Made by a program: the position numbers and the translations under genes. A model generated the notes under the pieces. That model was not told the origin of the DNA. It saw only the letters and a program-made list of their open reading frames with translations, and ran no database searches. This document shows positions 10,373 through 20,273 of a stretch of DNA of 50,306 nt, one piece after another (position 1 is the first letter of the stretch; the number at the start of each line of letters is the position of its first letter). The DNA lies in assembly GCA_016764995.1 (NCBI GenBank), contig JAESQU010000088.1:1-50306 (forward strand), read 5' to 3'. This DNA comes from SAR324 cluster bacterium. Lineage in GTDB: Bacteria; SAR324; NAC60-12.

Positions 10373-11956
10373 TTAATTTGTTGCAGTAAAACTATCAGTT
10401 CGTGCCGCATCACAGGCACGCGCATAGCTTTTTGGTTTGGAGTCCTGGAGTAGGGAACCTGTCTCGATGTATTCGTAGATTTCAGAAAAGTTCCTGATTT
10501 CATAGGCCTCGATTCTACGCATCAAGTGCCATGGTCTTAATTCTGCCGCGTTTTCCAGTCCCATTGCACCCATGATTTGACAGGCACTAGCCACAGTATT
10601 GCGATGATAATTGTTGACGCGTTGACTTTTATCTTCCGGAACAAGTGCACCATACAAACTGGGATTTTGTGTGGTCACACCAACCGGACAAAGATTTGTG
10701 TTACACTTACGGGCTTGAATACAGCCGAGTGCCATCATCATGGCTCTCGCGGAGTTACAAATATCAGCACCTAAAGCAAGCCGCTTCACCAGTCCAAATC
10801 CCGATGTCATTTTTCCACCACTGATGATCTTAATCTTTTTTCGTAAATCATATCCAACCAAAACGTTATGCACGAAAATCAAGCCTTCAACAAGTGGAGT
10901 TCCAATATGATTAGAAAATTCCATCGGTGCTGCACCGGTCCCGCCTTCACCACCATCTACAGTGATAAAGTCCGGAGAAATTCCTGTTTCGTGCATAGCT
11001 TTACAAATGGCGATAAATTCCCTGCGTTTTTCCACACATAACTTAAAACCGACTGGTTTGCCACCAGATAATTCACGGAGCTGTGAGATGAAATCAATTA
11101 GTTCAAGAGGATTTGAAAAGGCAGTGTGTCCCGGAGGAGAATCCACATCCTGCCCCATCGGGACATCGCGAATTTTTGCAATTTCCTCAGTCAGTTTTGC
11201 GGCAGGAAGAATTCCTCCATGTCCTGGTTTCGCGCCTTGAGACAACTTAATTTCAATCATTTTAACTTGTTCTCTCTGCGCATTTTCGGTGAAAGTATCC
11301 GGACAAAAATTTCCCACTTTGTCACGACAGCCAAAATATCCTGTTCCCACTTGCCAGACCAAATCACCACCCTTGAGATGATATGGGCTGATTCCTCCCT
11401 CACCGGTGTTATGTGCAAAACCGCCGATCTTAGCACCTTGATTGAGTGCAATCACCGCATTTTTACTCAGCGCACCAAAACTCATTGCGGAGATATTGAG
11501 GAGGCTTGCCGAATATGGCTGCTTGCAGTCTGGGCCGCCAATCATGACACGCACGTCTGCATGTTCCATTTTTTTTGGACTGAGTGAGTGGTTGACCCAT
11601 TCGTAGCCCGTTTCATAAACATTTTCAACTGTACCAAAAGGAACTGTATCACGAGCGTTTTTTGCCCGAGAATAAACAACTGTTCTTTCTTCACGACTAA
11701 AAGGACGTCCACTCGTATCTGATTCCACAAAATACTGGTACATTTCCGGACGAATTTCCTCCAGCAAAAAACGTATGTGACCCAACACCGGATAATTTCG
11801 CAGGATAGAGTGTGATTTTTGCGTGATATCTCGCAGGCCAAGCAAAATTATGGGTCCAAAAATAACCAAAGACCAGAGAACTTCCGGAAGATAAAAGAAG
11901 GAAACCACATTAATGGCAAGAATGACAACTGTGATTTGTATAAATAAAGTGCGCAT
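10373..11956 (-). CDS. FMN-binding glutamate synthase family protein (GltB domain-2-like) with an N-terminal membrane anchor
   Basis: 527 aa. N-terminal TM helices. Contains KLSQGAKPGHGGILP and ITVDGGEGGTGAAP. Confidence 0.8.
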   Translation of the reverse strand: MRTLFIQITVVILAINVVSFFYLPEVLWSLVIFGPIILLGLRDITQKSHSILRNYPVLGHIRFLLEEIRPEMYQYFVESDTSGRPFSREERTVVYSRAKNARDTVPFGTVENVYETGYEWVNHSLSPKKMEHADVRVMIGGPDCKQPYSASLLNISAMSFGALSKNAVIALNQGAKIGGFAHNTGEGGISPYHLKGGDLVWQVGTGYFGCRDKVGNFCPDTFTENAQREQVKMIEIKLSQGAKPGHGGILPAAKLTEEIAKIRDVPMGQDVDSPPGHTAFSNPLELIDFISQLRELSGGKPVGFKLCVEKRREFIAICKAMHETGISPDFITVDGGEGGTGAAPMEFSNHIGTPLVEGLIFVHNVLVGYDLRKKIKIISGGKMTSGFGLVKRLALGADICNSARAMMMALGCIQARKCNTNLCPVGVTTQNPSLYGALVPEDKSQRVNNYHRNTVASACQIMGAMGLENAAELRPWHLMRRIEAYEIRNFSEIYEYIETGSLLQDSKPKSYARACDAARTDSFTATN

Positions 11957-12084
11957 GGGACAGCCTCAAAAGATGAATAGATCAAAACTTAGCTACGCAG
12001 CAGCAGTTTTGCTCAAAGTATTACCGATTTTTTACAGGAAGCTGGCAAAAAATGCAAGTGTTACTCCACGGATCATTATGCAGA

Positions 12085-13032
12085 CTAACCACCAACACGG
12101 GACATGACAAGAGCCGAGCCCGTGAAAGCCGCATCTTGTTTGTAGGAAATCGATTTCTTTACAAGAGTTTGGAGAGTTTCTTCTGGATCAGGATGATCCA
12201 ACAAATGGCGGATAGAAAGTGGAGTCGGATTACTCAAGCAACCAATGAGTTGACCGTTTGAAGTCAAACGTAAGCGGGAACAGGTGGAGCAAAAAGGCGC
12301 GCTGTTATTTGGAATAATTCCGAAATACCCGCCTGGAACCCAGTAACGAAGTGAAGTTGAATCCGATTCCGCGGAAACAGGCTGAACTGAGTAACGTGCA
12401 GAAATTTTCTCCAGTATTTCATGCATTGTCACCAGTTTAAAATCATCTTTATGATAGAGAGGTCCCATTGCCATCAACTCAAGATAACGCACTTCGACTC
12501 CTCTCGTCACACCGTATTCAAGCATTTTAACTATTTCATCATCGTTTTCACCTTTGACTACCACCATGTTGACTTTGACTTTCAAGTCATATTTCAGACA
12601 GGCTTCAACACCTTCCAGTGTTTTACGAAGTTTACCAACTCGCCCCATTCGTTTAAAATTTTCCGGATCCAGAGAATCCAGACTAAGATTGACGTTTTTG
12701 AGTCCCGCCTCAACAAGGGCTTTTGCTTTTCTGGCGAGCAACTGACCATTTGTTGTCAAGCCGATACTGCTGATTCCCATCTCACGAATTCCAGAAACTA
12801 CCGGAATCAAGTTTGGGTAGAGTAACGGTTCACCTCCGGTTAAACGTACTTTTACAATTCCGGCATGTTCTTTTAGCATCCGGACTAAACTCAACATCTC
12901 ATCCGCACTCAACTCATCAGGCGCACGCTTATGATCACTCAAACTCGTGACACAATAAGTGCAGGCCATGTTGCAGACCTCTGTGAGAGAAATACGAAGC
13001 TTATTGATGTTGCGACCGTGAAGGTCAATCAT
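12085..13032 (-). CDS. moaA: GTP 3',8-cyclase (molybdenum cofactor biosynthesis protein A), radical SAM
   Basis: CNMACTYC radical-SAM motif, LTGGEPLL and a C-terminal Cys cluster (CSTCSRLRLTSNGQLIGC). I prefer the ATG at 13032 because AGGAG lies 8 nt upstream. The ORF track starts at 13077. Confidence 0.88.
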   Translation of the reverse strand: MIDLHGRNINKLRISLTEVCNMACTYCVTSLSDHKRAPDELSADEMLSLVRMLKEHAGIVKVRLTGGEPLLYPNLIPVVSGIREMGISSIGLTTNGQLLARKAKALVEAGLKNVNLSLDSLDPENFKRMGRVGKLRKTLEGVEACLKYDLKVKVNMVVVKGENDDEIVKMLEYGVTRGVEVRYLELMAMGPLYHKDDFKLVTMHEILEKISARYSVQPVSAESDSTSLRYWVPGGYFGIIPNNSAPFCSTCSRLRLTSNGQLIGCLSNPTPLSIRHLLDHPDPEETLQTLVKKSISYKQDAAFTGSALVMSRVGG

Positions 13033-13089
13033 AGGGGTTTCTCCTTTCCAAAACCGGGAGGCAGACCAGTTTCCCAATCAACCCTATCG

Positions 13090-13127
13090 TTCGCCAAACC
13101 ATGGTTGCTACCTTAGGTTTTGGCGAA
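13090..13127 (-). promoter_or_regulatory. 11-bp stem hairpin in the moaA 5' leader (possible regulatory element)
   Basis: ttcgccaaacc (13090-13100) pairs with ggttttggcgaa (13116-13127) with one bulged T and a 15-nt loop. It lies about 58 nt upstream of the preferred moaA ATG. Confidence 0.25.
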
Positions 13128-13376
13128 TCGGAGATTAAAATATTAACTTATTTTCAAAACGATATTTGAGTCTATTTCAATTTATCCGCTAAGTCAAACA
13201 ATATTTTCAAATTAATTTGAAATAAAACAGCTATTTGCTTTTATCAATCACCTCTTTTAGAATACACTTGATTCATCTCGGAAAAGCAAGTTCGGAGGAA
13301 AACTTAGATTTTCTAAAATTCACGAAATCCGCAAAATCATTTCAGTTTCAACCAAAGCACATCCAGTTAAAATCAA

Positions 13377-14183
13377 ATGGCAAAAAAAAAGTGGGGACAA
13401 AACTTTCTGATCAGCCAAAAAGTGGTTGAATCGATTGTTCAGGCAGCGGATGTAAAAAATGGAGATTCAATCCTGGAAATTGGTCCTGGACTCGGAATAC
13501 TGACTCGCGCATTGCTGGATCGAAATTCGCAAGTTACCGCAATCGAAATTGATCCGGAATTGTGTGTAAAATTAAGGAAACGCTTTTCAAAAGAAGAAAG
13601 ATTTACACTTCTTGAGAAGGACGTCATGGAACTTGCTCCGGAAGATTTGGCCAATTTAATTCCGGCCCCGGCAAAAGTGGTAGCAAATTTACCCTACAAT
13701 ATCGCAACTCCGCTGATTCTGAGGATGCTTCCAGTCCGGAAGGCATGGCAATCTTTGACCCTCATGATTCAATACGAAGTTGCGGAAAGAATTTGCGCAA
13801 CTCCTGAATCCGGAAAAGCGTATGGACCATTGTCATTAGTTGGAGAATTGGGATTTGAAAAAAAGATAATTAAAAAAATTCATCCGGAATCTTTTAAACC
13901 TGTTCCGAAAGTGGATTCCGCGGTAATACGTCTTTTGCCCCGTGAATCCGGACTTCCGCCTGAGGATGAAAAACGGTTCCTCAAGTGGAGTCACCTGCTG
14001 TTTCAACAGAGAAGAAAAACACTGATGAATGGAATCCGGCAGCATTTTCCGGAATGGTATCAAAATTGCGGAGATTCTCTGCGCGATGAGTTTGGGCTGC
14101 GCCGCCCAGAAACCCTTGATTTTACTGAATGGATGACGCTGTTTAGTGATTACTTGCAAAATGAGCAAAATGAAATTTGTTAA
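13377..14183 (+). CDS. rsmA: 16S rRNA (adenine1518/1519-N6)-dimethyltransferase
   Basis: Contains WGQNFL, LEIGPGLGILT and NLPYNIATP. Confidence 0.9.
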   Translation: MAKKKWGQNFLISQKVVESIVQAADVKNGDSILEIGPGLGILTRALLDRNSQVTAIEIDPELCVKLRKRFSKEERFTLLEKDVMELAPEDLANLIPAPAKVVANLPYNIATPLILRMLPVRKAWQSLTLMIQYEVAERICATPESGKAYGPLSLVGELGFEKKIIKKIHPESFKPVPKVDSAVIRLLPRESGLPPEDEKRFLKWSHLLFQQRRKTLMNGIRQHFPEWYQNCGDSLRDEFGLRRPETLDFTEWMTLFSDYLQNEQNEIC

Positions 14184-15666
14184 GGAATTAAAGTCACAAA
14201 AAATAAGTTGGTCCGAATTCGGTTTTGAGGCGTTTCATCGCTTGGCGAAGATTTGTCTTTTTTCCGTGCTTTTCACCTTCTCTTTCGCAGGAAATTCTCT
14301 GGCTGTTGAAACGATTCCCGCACTCGACTTTTCTGGTCGCGGCCCCTTATTTCTTTCAAAAAAACAAATCCAGGAGGATCTCGTGCAAGCAGAGGGTTTG
14401 TTACGCGATAACTATGTCCGTTACCCAATCCTTGAAAAATCGGGAGTAAAATGGAAATTGGCCTTTCAAAGAATTGCAGAACACTTGATATCAAACAAAA
14501 ATCCGACTCTCACACATCATTTTCAAAAGCAACTGATTAAGGCTTTAGAGTTTACTGAAGATCCAAATTTGCGGACAGATCTTTTCTTAATAAAAAGACA
14601 TTATGTTCAGCGCGTAGAACCGAAGGTAGCATTTTTTTCCGGAATCCGCCTGGCGCAGCAAGAGGAGCGTTTCCGGGTTCTACCAAACTTGGAGATTGCC
14701 AACAAGATTGTCAATCACTGGTACATCGATTGTTCAACAACGCAAGAGGTCTTCTTTCCAATTCTGCCGGAAAGACAGTCCGAAATGCTTTTCATGTTAG
14801 GACAACAGGCGAATCATCAACTTGATCCGCTTGATTGTGAATTTGAAAATGATTCTGGTGAAAAACAAAATATCCTGTTGCCACTGTTGATTCCAGAGGC
14901 AGAATTGAATCGTCCGGAAATGCCTGTGTATAAATTCGAAGGAGGCCGCACACCCTACATTCGCTGGTATAGAGATGGAAAAACTGAGGAGAGAGCAGTA
15001 AAGCAGTTTCAGAAACTCGCCAGAAAATTACGTAAAACACCAACACTTATAATTGACGTTCGCGGCAACAGAAACGGAAGTTTTGCTTTTATAGAAAAGT
15101 GGCTCAATGAATTTACCCGCAGCCATTGGAAAAATGTAATCGTACAGGAACGGCAGACGCTGCCAATCTTAAAAGGACTGCTGAACCGTGTACAATGGAA
15201 CCTGCATCATTCCTCAACACGTTTGCTGATTGGACAAACTCAACTTGAACAAAAAAGTCTGCAGTTACTGGCACTCATTGATCATTTCATCGAAAAAGAA
15301 ATCGATGAAAAATGGGTAGAAACAAAATTCATTTTCAACGGAAATAAAAACGCGCCGAAGTGGAATACACGTCTTATCGTTTTGACAAACCAACATTGTG
15401 GAAACGGTTGTCAATTTCTGGCTGCCCTGACGAAACAGATACCACAGGGAATTCTTATCGGTACAAACACCGGCCCATTTCCCAAAAATACTTCCGGACC
15501 AATTTTTCAACTGAAACATTCCAGAATCATGCTTTCATTCAGTCATCGGCTGCATCTGAATCATCAAGCAAAACCTGTTTCACCTTCAGGTTATCTTCCG
15601 GATTACTGGTTCTTTCCGCCAATGAAAATCAGTGATATACAGCGCTTTATCAGTAAATCTAACTAG
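14146..15666 (+). CDS. Secreted S41 (C-terminal processing peptidase)-like protein with no evident catalytic Ser
   Basis: GTG at 14146, alternative ATGs at 14161 and 14170. Signal peptide ...FSFAGNSLA. LIIDVRGNRNGSF resembles the S41 motif (IDLRxNxGG). The expected Ser-containing segment reads LTNQHCGNGCQF. Confidence 0.35.
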   Translation: MITCKMSKMKFVKELKSQKISWSEFGFEAFHRLAKICLFSVLFTFSFAGNSLAVETIPALDFSGRGPLFLSKKQIQEDLVQAEGLLRDNYVRYPILEKSGVKWKLAFQRIAEHLISNKNPTLTHHFQKQLIKALEFTEDPNLRTDLFLIKRHYVQRVEPKVAFFSGIRLAQQEERFRVLPNLEIANKIVNHWYIDCSTTQEVFFPILPERQSEMLFMLGQQANHQLDPLDCEFENDSGEKQNILLPLLIPEAELNRPEMPVYKFEGGRTPYIRWYRDGKTEERAVKQFQKLARKLRKTPTLIIDVRGNRNGSFAFIEKWLNEFTRSHWKNVIVQERQTLPILKGLLNRVQWNLHHSSTRLLIGQTQLEQKSLQLLALIDHFIEKEIDEKWVETKFIFNGNKNAPKWNTRLIVLTNQHCGNGCQFLAALTKQIPQGILIGTNTGPFPKNTSGPIFQLKHSRIMLSFSHRLHLNHQAKPVSPSGYLPDYWFFPPMKISDIQRFISKSN

Positions 15667-15808
15667 CCAACCTAATCCGTGTTGATTTACATCAGCTTGA
15701 TATCCTCAGCGTTTTCTGTCATTATCGAGCGGTGTTTTGTTGGCAAAGCAATTCCCTGAATGCATCAAACTCATAAAACAGAAATTTTAACAACGACTGA
15801 ATCTTCTT

Positions 15809-16789
15809 ATGACAAATTTGATCCGGATTCCGATTTTTATTTTATTGCTTTTCCTCAATACATCTTTCCACGGAACTCTTGTAAGTTTGTGCGCACCCAT
15901 CAAATTCATGATTCCAATTCGAGCATGGCGTCAGCTTTGGGGCAAAATTTCATACTGGATCGCTGGTGGTTTTATCATCACAAACAATTTCCTGTTGAAT
16001 GTTTTTTTCCACATTGAGTGGGACATTGAGGGCTTGGACAATCTGAGTCCGGATGGAACATATTTAGTCATCAGCAATCACCTTTCTCTGCTGGACATTC
16101 CAGTCGCGCAAGGCATGTTTTTCTGGCAAATTCCATTTTTACGATTCTTCATAAAACAGGAATTAGTGTTTGTACCGTTCCTGGGACAAGCGCTCTGGGC
16201 ACTGGAATATCCAACTATGAAACGTTATTCAAAAGAGACTTTAATTAAACACCCTGAATTACGTGGAAAAGATTTGGAAACAGCCCAGCGCTCCTGCGAA
16301 AAATTACTTGGTCGTCCGGTAACAATTTTGAACTATCCTGAAGGAACTCGCTTCACGCACGAAAAAAAAGCCAAAACCAAATCATCTTTCAACCATTTGC
16401 TTAAACCGCGTGCAGGTGGAATACACACCGTTTTGAGCAGTTTGGGTGATCAAATGACTGCCATTCTCAATGTCACCCTGATTTATCCCGGTCATTCTTC
16501 TCCGAATTTGACTGATTTGTTGCAGGGAAGAGTTAAGCGAATTGTTGTGCGCATTGAAGCACTGAAGCTTGGAGAAGGAGTCGTTCCCTCAGTGGAAGCA
16601 ATCCGTGGCAAAGGTGGATCATTGGCTGTCAGAAAGTGCTTGTTTGAACTTTGGAAAGACAAAGATATGCTGATCAGCAAATTTAAGAGTGACTCACAAA
16701 TTGATCAAAAAACAACTCAGCCCACCAATGAGCCATCTTCCACAGACTCCGTTGGAGTCAGCAATACTACCCCTTTATCTTCAGAATAA
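15809..16789 (+). CDS. Lysophospholipid/glycerol-3-phosphate acyltransferase family protein (PlsC-like)
   Basis: Membrane N-terminus. HxxxxD motif NHLSLLD and YPEGTRF motif. Confidence 0.75.
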   Translation: MTNLIRIPIFILLLFLNTSFHGTLVSLCAPIKFMIPIRAWRQLWGKISYWIAGGFIITNNFLLNVFFHIEWDIEGLDNLSPDGTYLVISNHLSLLDIPVAQGMFFWQIPFLRFFIKQELVFVPFLGQALWALEYPTMKRYSKETLIKHPELRGKDLETAQRSCEKLLGRPVTILNYPEGTRFTHEKKAKTKSSFNHLLKPRAGGIHTVLSSLGDQMTAILNVTLIYPGHSSPNLTDLLQGRVKRIVVRIEALKLGEGVVPSVEAIRGKGGSLAVRKCLFELWKDKDMLISKFKSDSQIDQKTTQPTNEPSSTDSVGVSNTTPLSSE

Positions 16790-17052
16790 GCTCCAAGTAT
16801 GAGCACTTCTGATTTAACTCCGGCAATGCGTTTGACAGGAAAGTTTTGCACCGCGGAAATTTGCAGTCCTATTAAATCCTCAACTTGATAGTTCCTGGTA
16901 ATTTGCGCAGAACTTGTTTTAATGCCGAATTGACCAAAATCTATTTTCAGCATGTAGGACGGTTTCCGTGCCTTGGGATTGAGTGTGGCCTCCAGAATAG
17001 TTCCGGTTAAAATATGTACTTGTAAAAAATCCTCAAAATTAATTTCTTCCAT
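16717..17052 (-). CDS. csaA: tRNA-binding protein / chaperone CsaA (EMAP-like OB fold)
   Basis: 111 aa. FLQVHILTGTILEA...KIDFGQFGIKTSSAQIT...NFPVKRIAGVKSEVLILG closely follows the CsaA pattern. Confidence 0.85.
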   Translation of the reverse strand: MEEINFEDFLQVHILTGTILEATLNPKARKPSYMLKIDFGQFGIKTSSAQITRNYQVEDLIGLQISAVQNFPVKRIAGVKSEVLILGAYSEDKGVVLLTPTESVEDGSLVG

Positions 17053-17093
17053 TGTTAACCAAAAGTGGTGGAAAGTTTTAGGCGCATCCTGAA

Positions 17094-20000
17094 TTAATTA
17101 GCAGAGTTAATTTCCCTCAACAATGCCTGCAAAGGATGAAGTGGACGAAATCCCTCAAAGCGCTTGATTTGGCTGCGACATGAAAAACCTGTTGTCAAAA
17201 TGTTTTGACGCAAAAATGGATCTTCCGGAATTTTATTCTTCCAACTTAAATTGTAGATTCCACGGGACTCTTCGTAATGTTTTGTTTCATGTCCATAAGT
17301 ACCAGCCATGCCGCAGCAACCTACCGGAATCAGGCGTAGAGACAAACCAAATTGCGCAAACACTTCCTTCCATTGTTGCTGTGATAGTTGTGCATCAGTT
17401 TTTTCAGTACAGTGTCCCAACAATTGATAATCCTGTAATATGCCATTTCCGGAAAATGCCTGTTTTTTTAATTTAGCTGATTTCTTAACCAGAAATTCCT
17501 GCGGGAGCAGCACCTCAAATGGCAACTGATTTTCTCCCAGAATTTTCAAATATTCATCTCGGTAAGTCAGCACGACGCTCGGATCAAGTCCAACCAGCGG
17601 AATTCTGCAACGTGCGACATGTGCCAGCCATTTTGTGTTTTTTTCTGCGACTTTCCGGAATTGACGCAAAAATCCTTTTACATGCAGTGGTTTCCCGTTT
17701 GGATGAAATGGCGCGACATAAACCGTAAAACCCAATTTACATAATAACTGATAAAATTCCAGCACAACCTGTGATTCATAAAACGAAGTGAAGGCATCTT
17801 GAAGTAAAATCACACTGCCATCCATTTCTTCTGGAGCAAGCGCAATCAATTTCTCCAAATCAAATTCAGGCGCGGTAGATTTCAGCAAACGCTGCCGGAC
17901 TGATTCTGGGCTGTATTGAGGCAAATCTCTTAAACCAACATAATTTTTCAGTAACTTGCGGCTCAGTGACCAGTTAAAAACCGCATTCACCGGATACGGT
18001 ATATTTGAAAATAATCGACCGGCTGTTTCTGTTGTGCCAACCAAATAATCTTTAAGGGGACGTAAATATCTGGAATGATAAAGATTTAGAAATTTTGCAC
18101 GGAAATCCGGAACATTGACGTGTACCGGACACTGTGTCACACATGCTTTGCAAACTAAACATCCGGCCATTGACTCATAAACTTCATGTGAAAAATCGTA
18201 CTCGCCCTGATTTTTACGTAAGGAGTTTTTTATTTTTTGAGCCAAAACTTGGAAATAATTAATACTGTCAGAATTTTTTTGTGATACTCCGTTAAAATCC
18301 GCAACAGTTTTTTTCCTTTCAGAATTTTCGGCTGCTTTAGTCAAAGAAAGCATCCGGAGCCATTCCCGCATCAGTCCTGCTCTACCTTGTGGAGAATGAA
18401 TCCGATCACGGGTTATTCTGGAAGAAGGACACATCACATTTTTTGATGAGTAATCGAAACAAGCGCCGTTACCGTTACAGTTAATAGCAGACTCATATTC
18501 CTTGAGCAATTCCGGAGCAATTTGACGATCTTTGTGTCCACGCAGTGGTCCTTCCAAGGACACCACTTTGTCGGTTTTCAATGAAAGCGGTGTGACTATT
18601 TTTCCCGGATTTAGCCGATTATTCGGATCAAACGCTTCTTTGATTCGGCGCAATTCCTGATGCAATTCTACACCAAAAAAATCTTCCGTGTACTCACTAC
18701 GAAATCCGCGTCCGTGTTCACTCCACATCACACCGCCGTATTTTTTTACGAGAGTCACAACTTTATCTGAAAGCTCCCGAATCCACCTTTCTTCGTCCGG
18801 ATTTTTCAAATCCAAGGCGGGACGCACATGCAAACAGCCCACATCTACATGCCCAAACAAGGCGTATTCAAGACCATACGACTCAAGCAGTTTCCGGAAC
18901 TCCCGAATGTAATCGGCTAAGTTTTCCGGAGGAACCGCCGTGTCTTCTACAAAAGGTAATGGTTTACGAGCGCCTTTAGTATTTCCCAAAAGACCCACGC
19001 CTTTTTTTCGTAAACTCCACAAATCCTTGATTTCCTTTGGATCAGCAGTTCTGTAATAACCGGTTGCTTTTCCGGAATTGGTTTTCTTGGCATCGATGAT
19101 TTTGCATAATGTAGTAACCTGTTTTTCCAGATTATTTTTGTTGTTTCCGCAAAATTCAATCAGACTGATCGTACGTGTCGGACGGATTTTATTTCCGGAC
19201 TTCACCTTTTCATCCGTAATAAAATTTTTGATTTTTAAATATATTTCATCTTCTTTTGCCAGACTCAGAATTTTTTCGTCAATCGTCTCAATCGCCACAG
19301 GATCACACTTCACCAAAATTTCCGCATCCTTAAGAGCGTCATCAAAAACTTCATATTTGACAACCAGCAAAATCTTATGTTTTGGCAAGGCCGTCAAACG
19401 AAGTTTTGCCTCGCTGACAACGGCTAAGGTTCCTTCAGAGCCGGAAAGCAAATAATTTAAATTGAATTTGTTTTCTGAATTATCGTAAACTTTTGCCAAA
19501 TTGTAACCTGTCATGAAACGGCTCATTTTTGGAAAAACATCTTCAATCAAAACTGCTTTTTCCGATACAACTTGATCCACTACTTTAATTATCTCACCTG
19601 CAATTCCGGATTTTCGTTTGTATTCACTAAGTTGTTCAGCATCAAGCGGCACTGATTCCAGTACTTCTCCATTAGAGAGTACACATGACAACGCTAAAAC
19701 ATGATCGCTGGTACGTCCATAGACGCGGGAGCCTTTTCCACAAGCATCGGTATTGACCATACCGCCCAAAGTTGCTCTGTTGCTCGGCGACAAATCTGGT
19801 GCAAAAAATACTTTGTTTGGAGCAAGATGTTCATTGAGCTGATCCAGCACCACTCCGGGTTCCACACGAACCCAGCCTTCCTTGATATTTGTCTCAAGAA
19901 TACGATTCATGTAACGTGAACAATCGAGAACAATACCAGTGGTAAGTGACTGTCCATTGGTTCCGGTGCCACCTCCGCGTGGTGTAATTTTGATGCTTTT

Positions 20001-20231
20001 ACGAAATCTCTGCTCAGCTGAAATATTTAGAATGAGCTGTATATCATTAGAATTTTTTGGAAAAACAACTGCTTGCGGCAAAATCTGATAAATACTGTTG
20101 TCAGTCGCGGTGACTAGACGGCTTGCATAATCTTGCTGAATGTCTCCGGAAAAATCGCTGTTTCGCAACTTTGCCAGAAAACTCTGTACAATTTGAGGTG
20201 TACTTTCGGAATGATTTATGCGGGGGATCAT
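17094..20231 (-). CDS. ydiJ: YdiJ-type FAD-linked oxidoreductase fused to Fe-S and CCG domains
   Basis: 1045 aa. Contains TPRGGGTGTNGQS (FAD PCMH domain), a ferredoxin-like Cys motif CLVCKACVTQCP and C-terminal GCCGMAGTYGHE. Length and N-terminus resemble E. coli YdiJ. Confidence 0.8.
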   Translation of the reverse strand: MIPRINHSESTPQIVQSFLAKLRNSDFSGDIQQDYASRLVTATDNSIYQILPQAVVFPKNSNDIQLILNISAEQRFRKSIKITPRGGGTGTNGQSLTTGIVLDCSRYMNRILETNIKEGWVRVEPGVVLDQLNEHLAPNKVFFAPDLSPSNRATLGGMVNTDACGKGSRVYGRTSDHVLALSCVLSNGEVLESVPLDAEQLSEYKRKSGIAGEIIKVVDQVVSEKAVLIEDVFPKMSRFMTGYNLAKVYDNSENKFNLNYLLSGSEGTLAVVSEAKLRLTALPKHKILLVVKYEVFDDALKDAEILVKCDPVAIETIDEKILSLAKEDEIYLKIKNFITDEKVKSGNKIRPTRTISLIEFCGNNKNNLEKQVTTLCKIIDAKKTNSGKATGYYRTADPKEIKDLWSLRKKGVGLLGNTKGARKPLPFVEDTAVPPENLADYIREFRKLLESYGLEYALFGHVDVGCLHVRPALDLKNPDEERWIRELSDKVVTLVKKYGGVMWSEHGRGFRSEYTEDFFGVELHQELRRIKEAFDPNNRLNPGKIVTPLSLKTDKVVSLEGPLRGHKDRQIAPELLKEYESAINCNGNGACFDYSSKNVMCPSSRITRDRIHSPQGRAGLMREWLRMLSLTKAAENSERKKTVADFNGVSQKNSDSINYFQVLAQKIKNSLRKNQGEYDFSHEVYESMAGCLVCKACVTQCPVHVNVPDFRAKFLNLYHSRYLRPLKDYLVGTTETAGRLFSNIPYPVNAVFNWSLSRKLLKNYVGLRDLPQYSPESVRQRLLKSTAPEFDLEKLIALAPEEMDGSVILLQDAFTSFYESQVVLEFYQLLCKLGFTVYVAPFHPNGKPLHVKGFLRQFRKVAEKNTKWLAHVARCRIPLVGLDPSVVLTYRDEYLKILGENQLPFEVLLPQEFLVKKSAKLKKQAFSGNGILQDYQLLGHCTEKTDAQLSQQQWKEVFAQFGLSLRLIPVGCCGMAGTYGHETKHYEESRGIYNLSWKNKIPEDPFLRQNILTTGFSCRSQIKRFEGFRPLHPLQALLREINSAN

Positions 20232-20273
20232 ATTAAAATATAAAATTTGAAGTAGGCAGGAACAGAGAGTAAA

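Noticed and set aside
12421-12825. 134-aa plus-strand ORF inside moaA, and similar antisense ORFs (19078-19455, 43793-44263, 44344-44712, 49871-50248, 6664-7053, 7958-8302, 9436-9798, 11126-11587)
   Set aside because: Each is antisense to, or in an alternative frame of, a gene with clear family motifs. Their compositions are typical of shadow ORFs.
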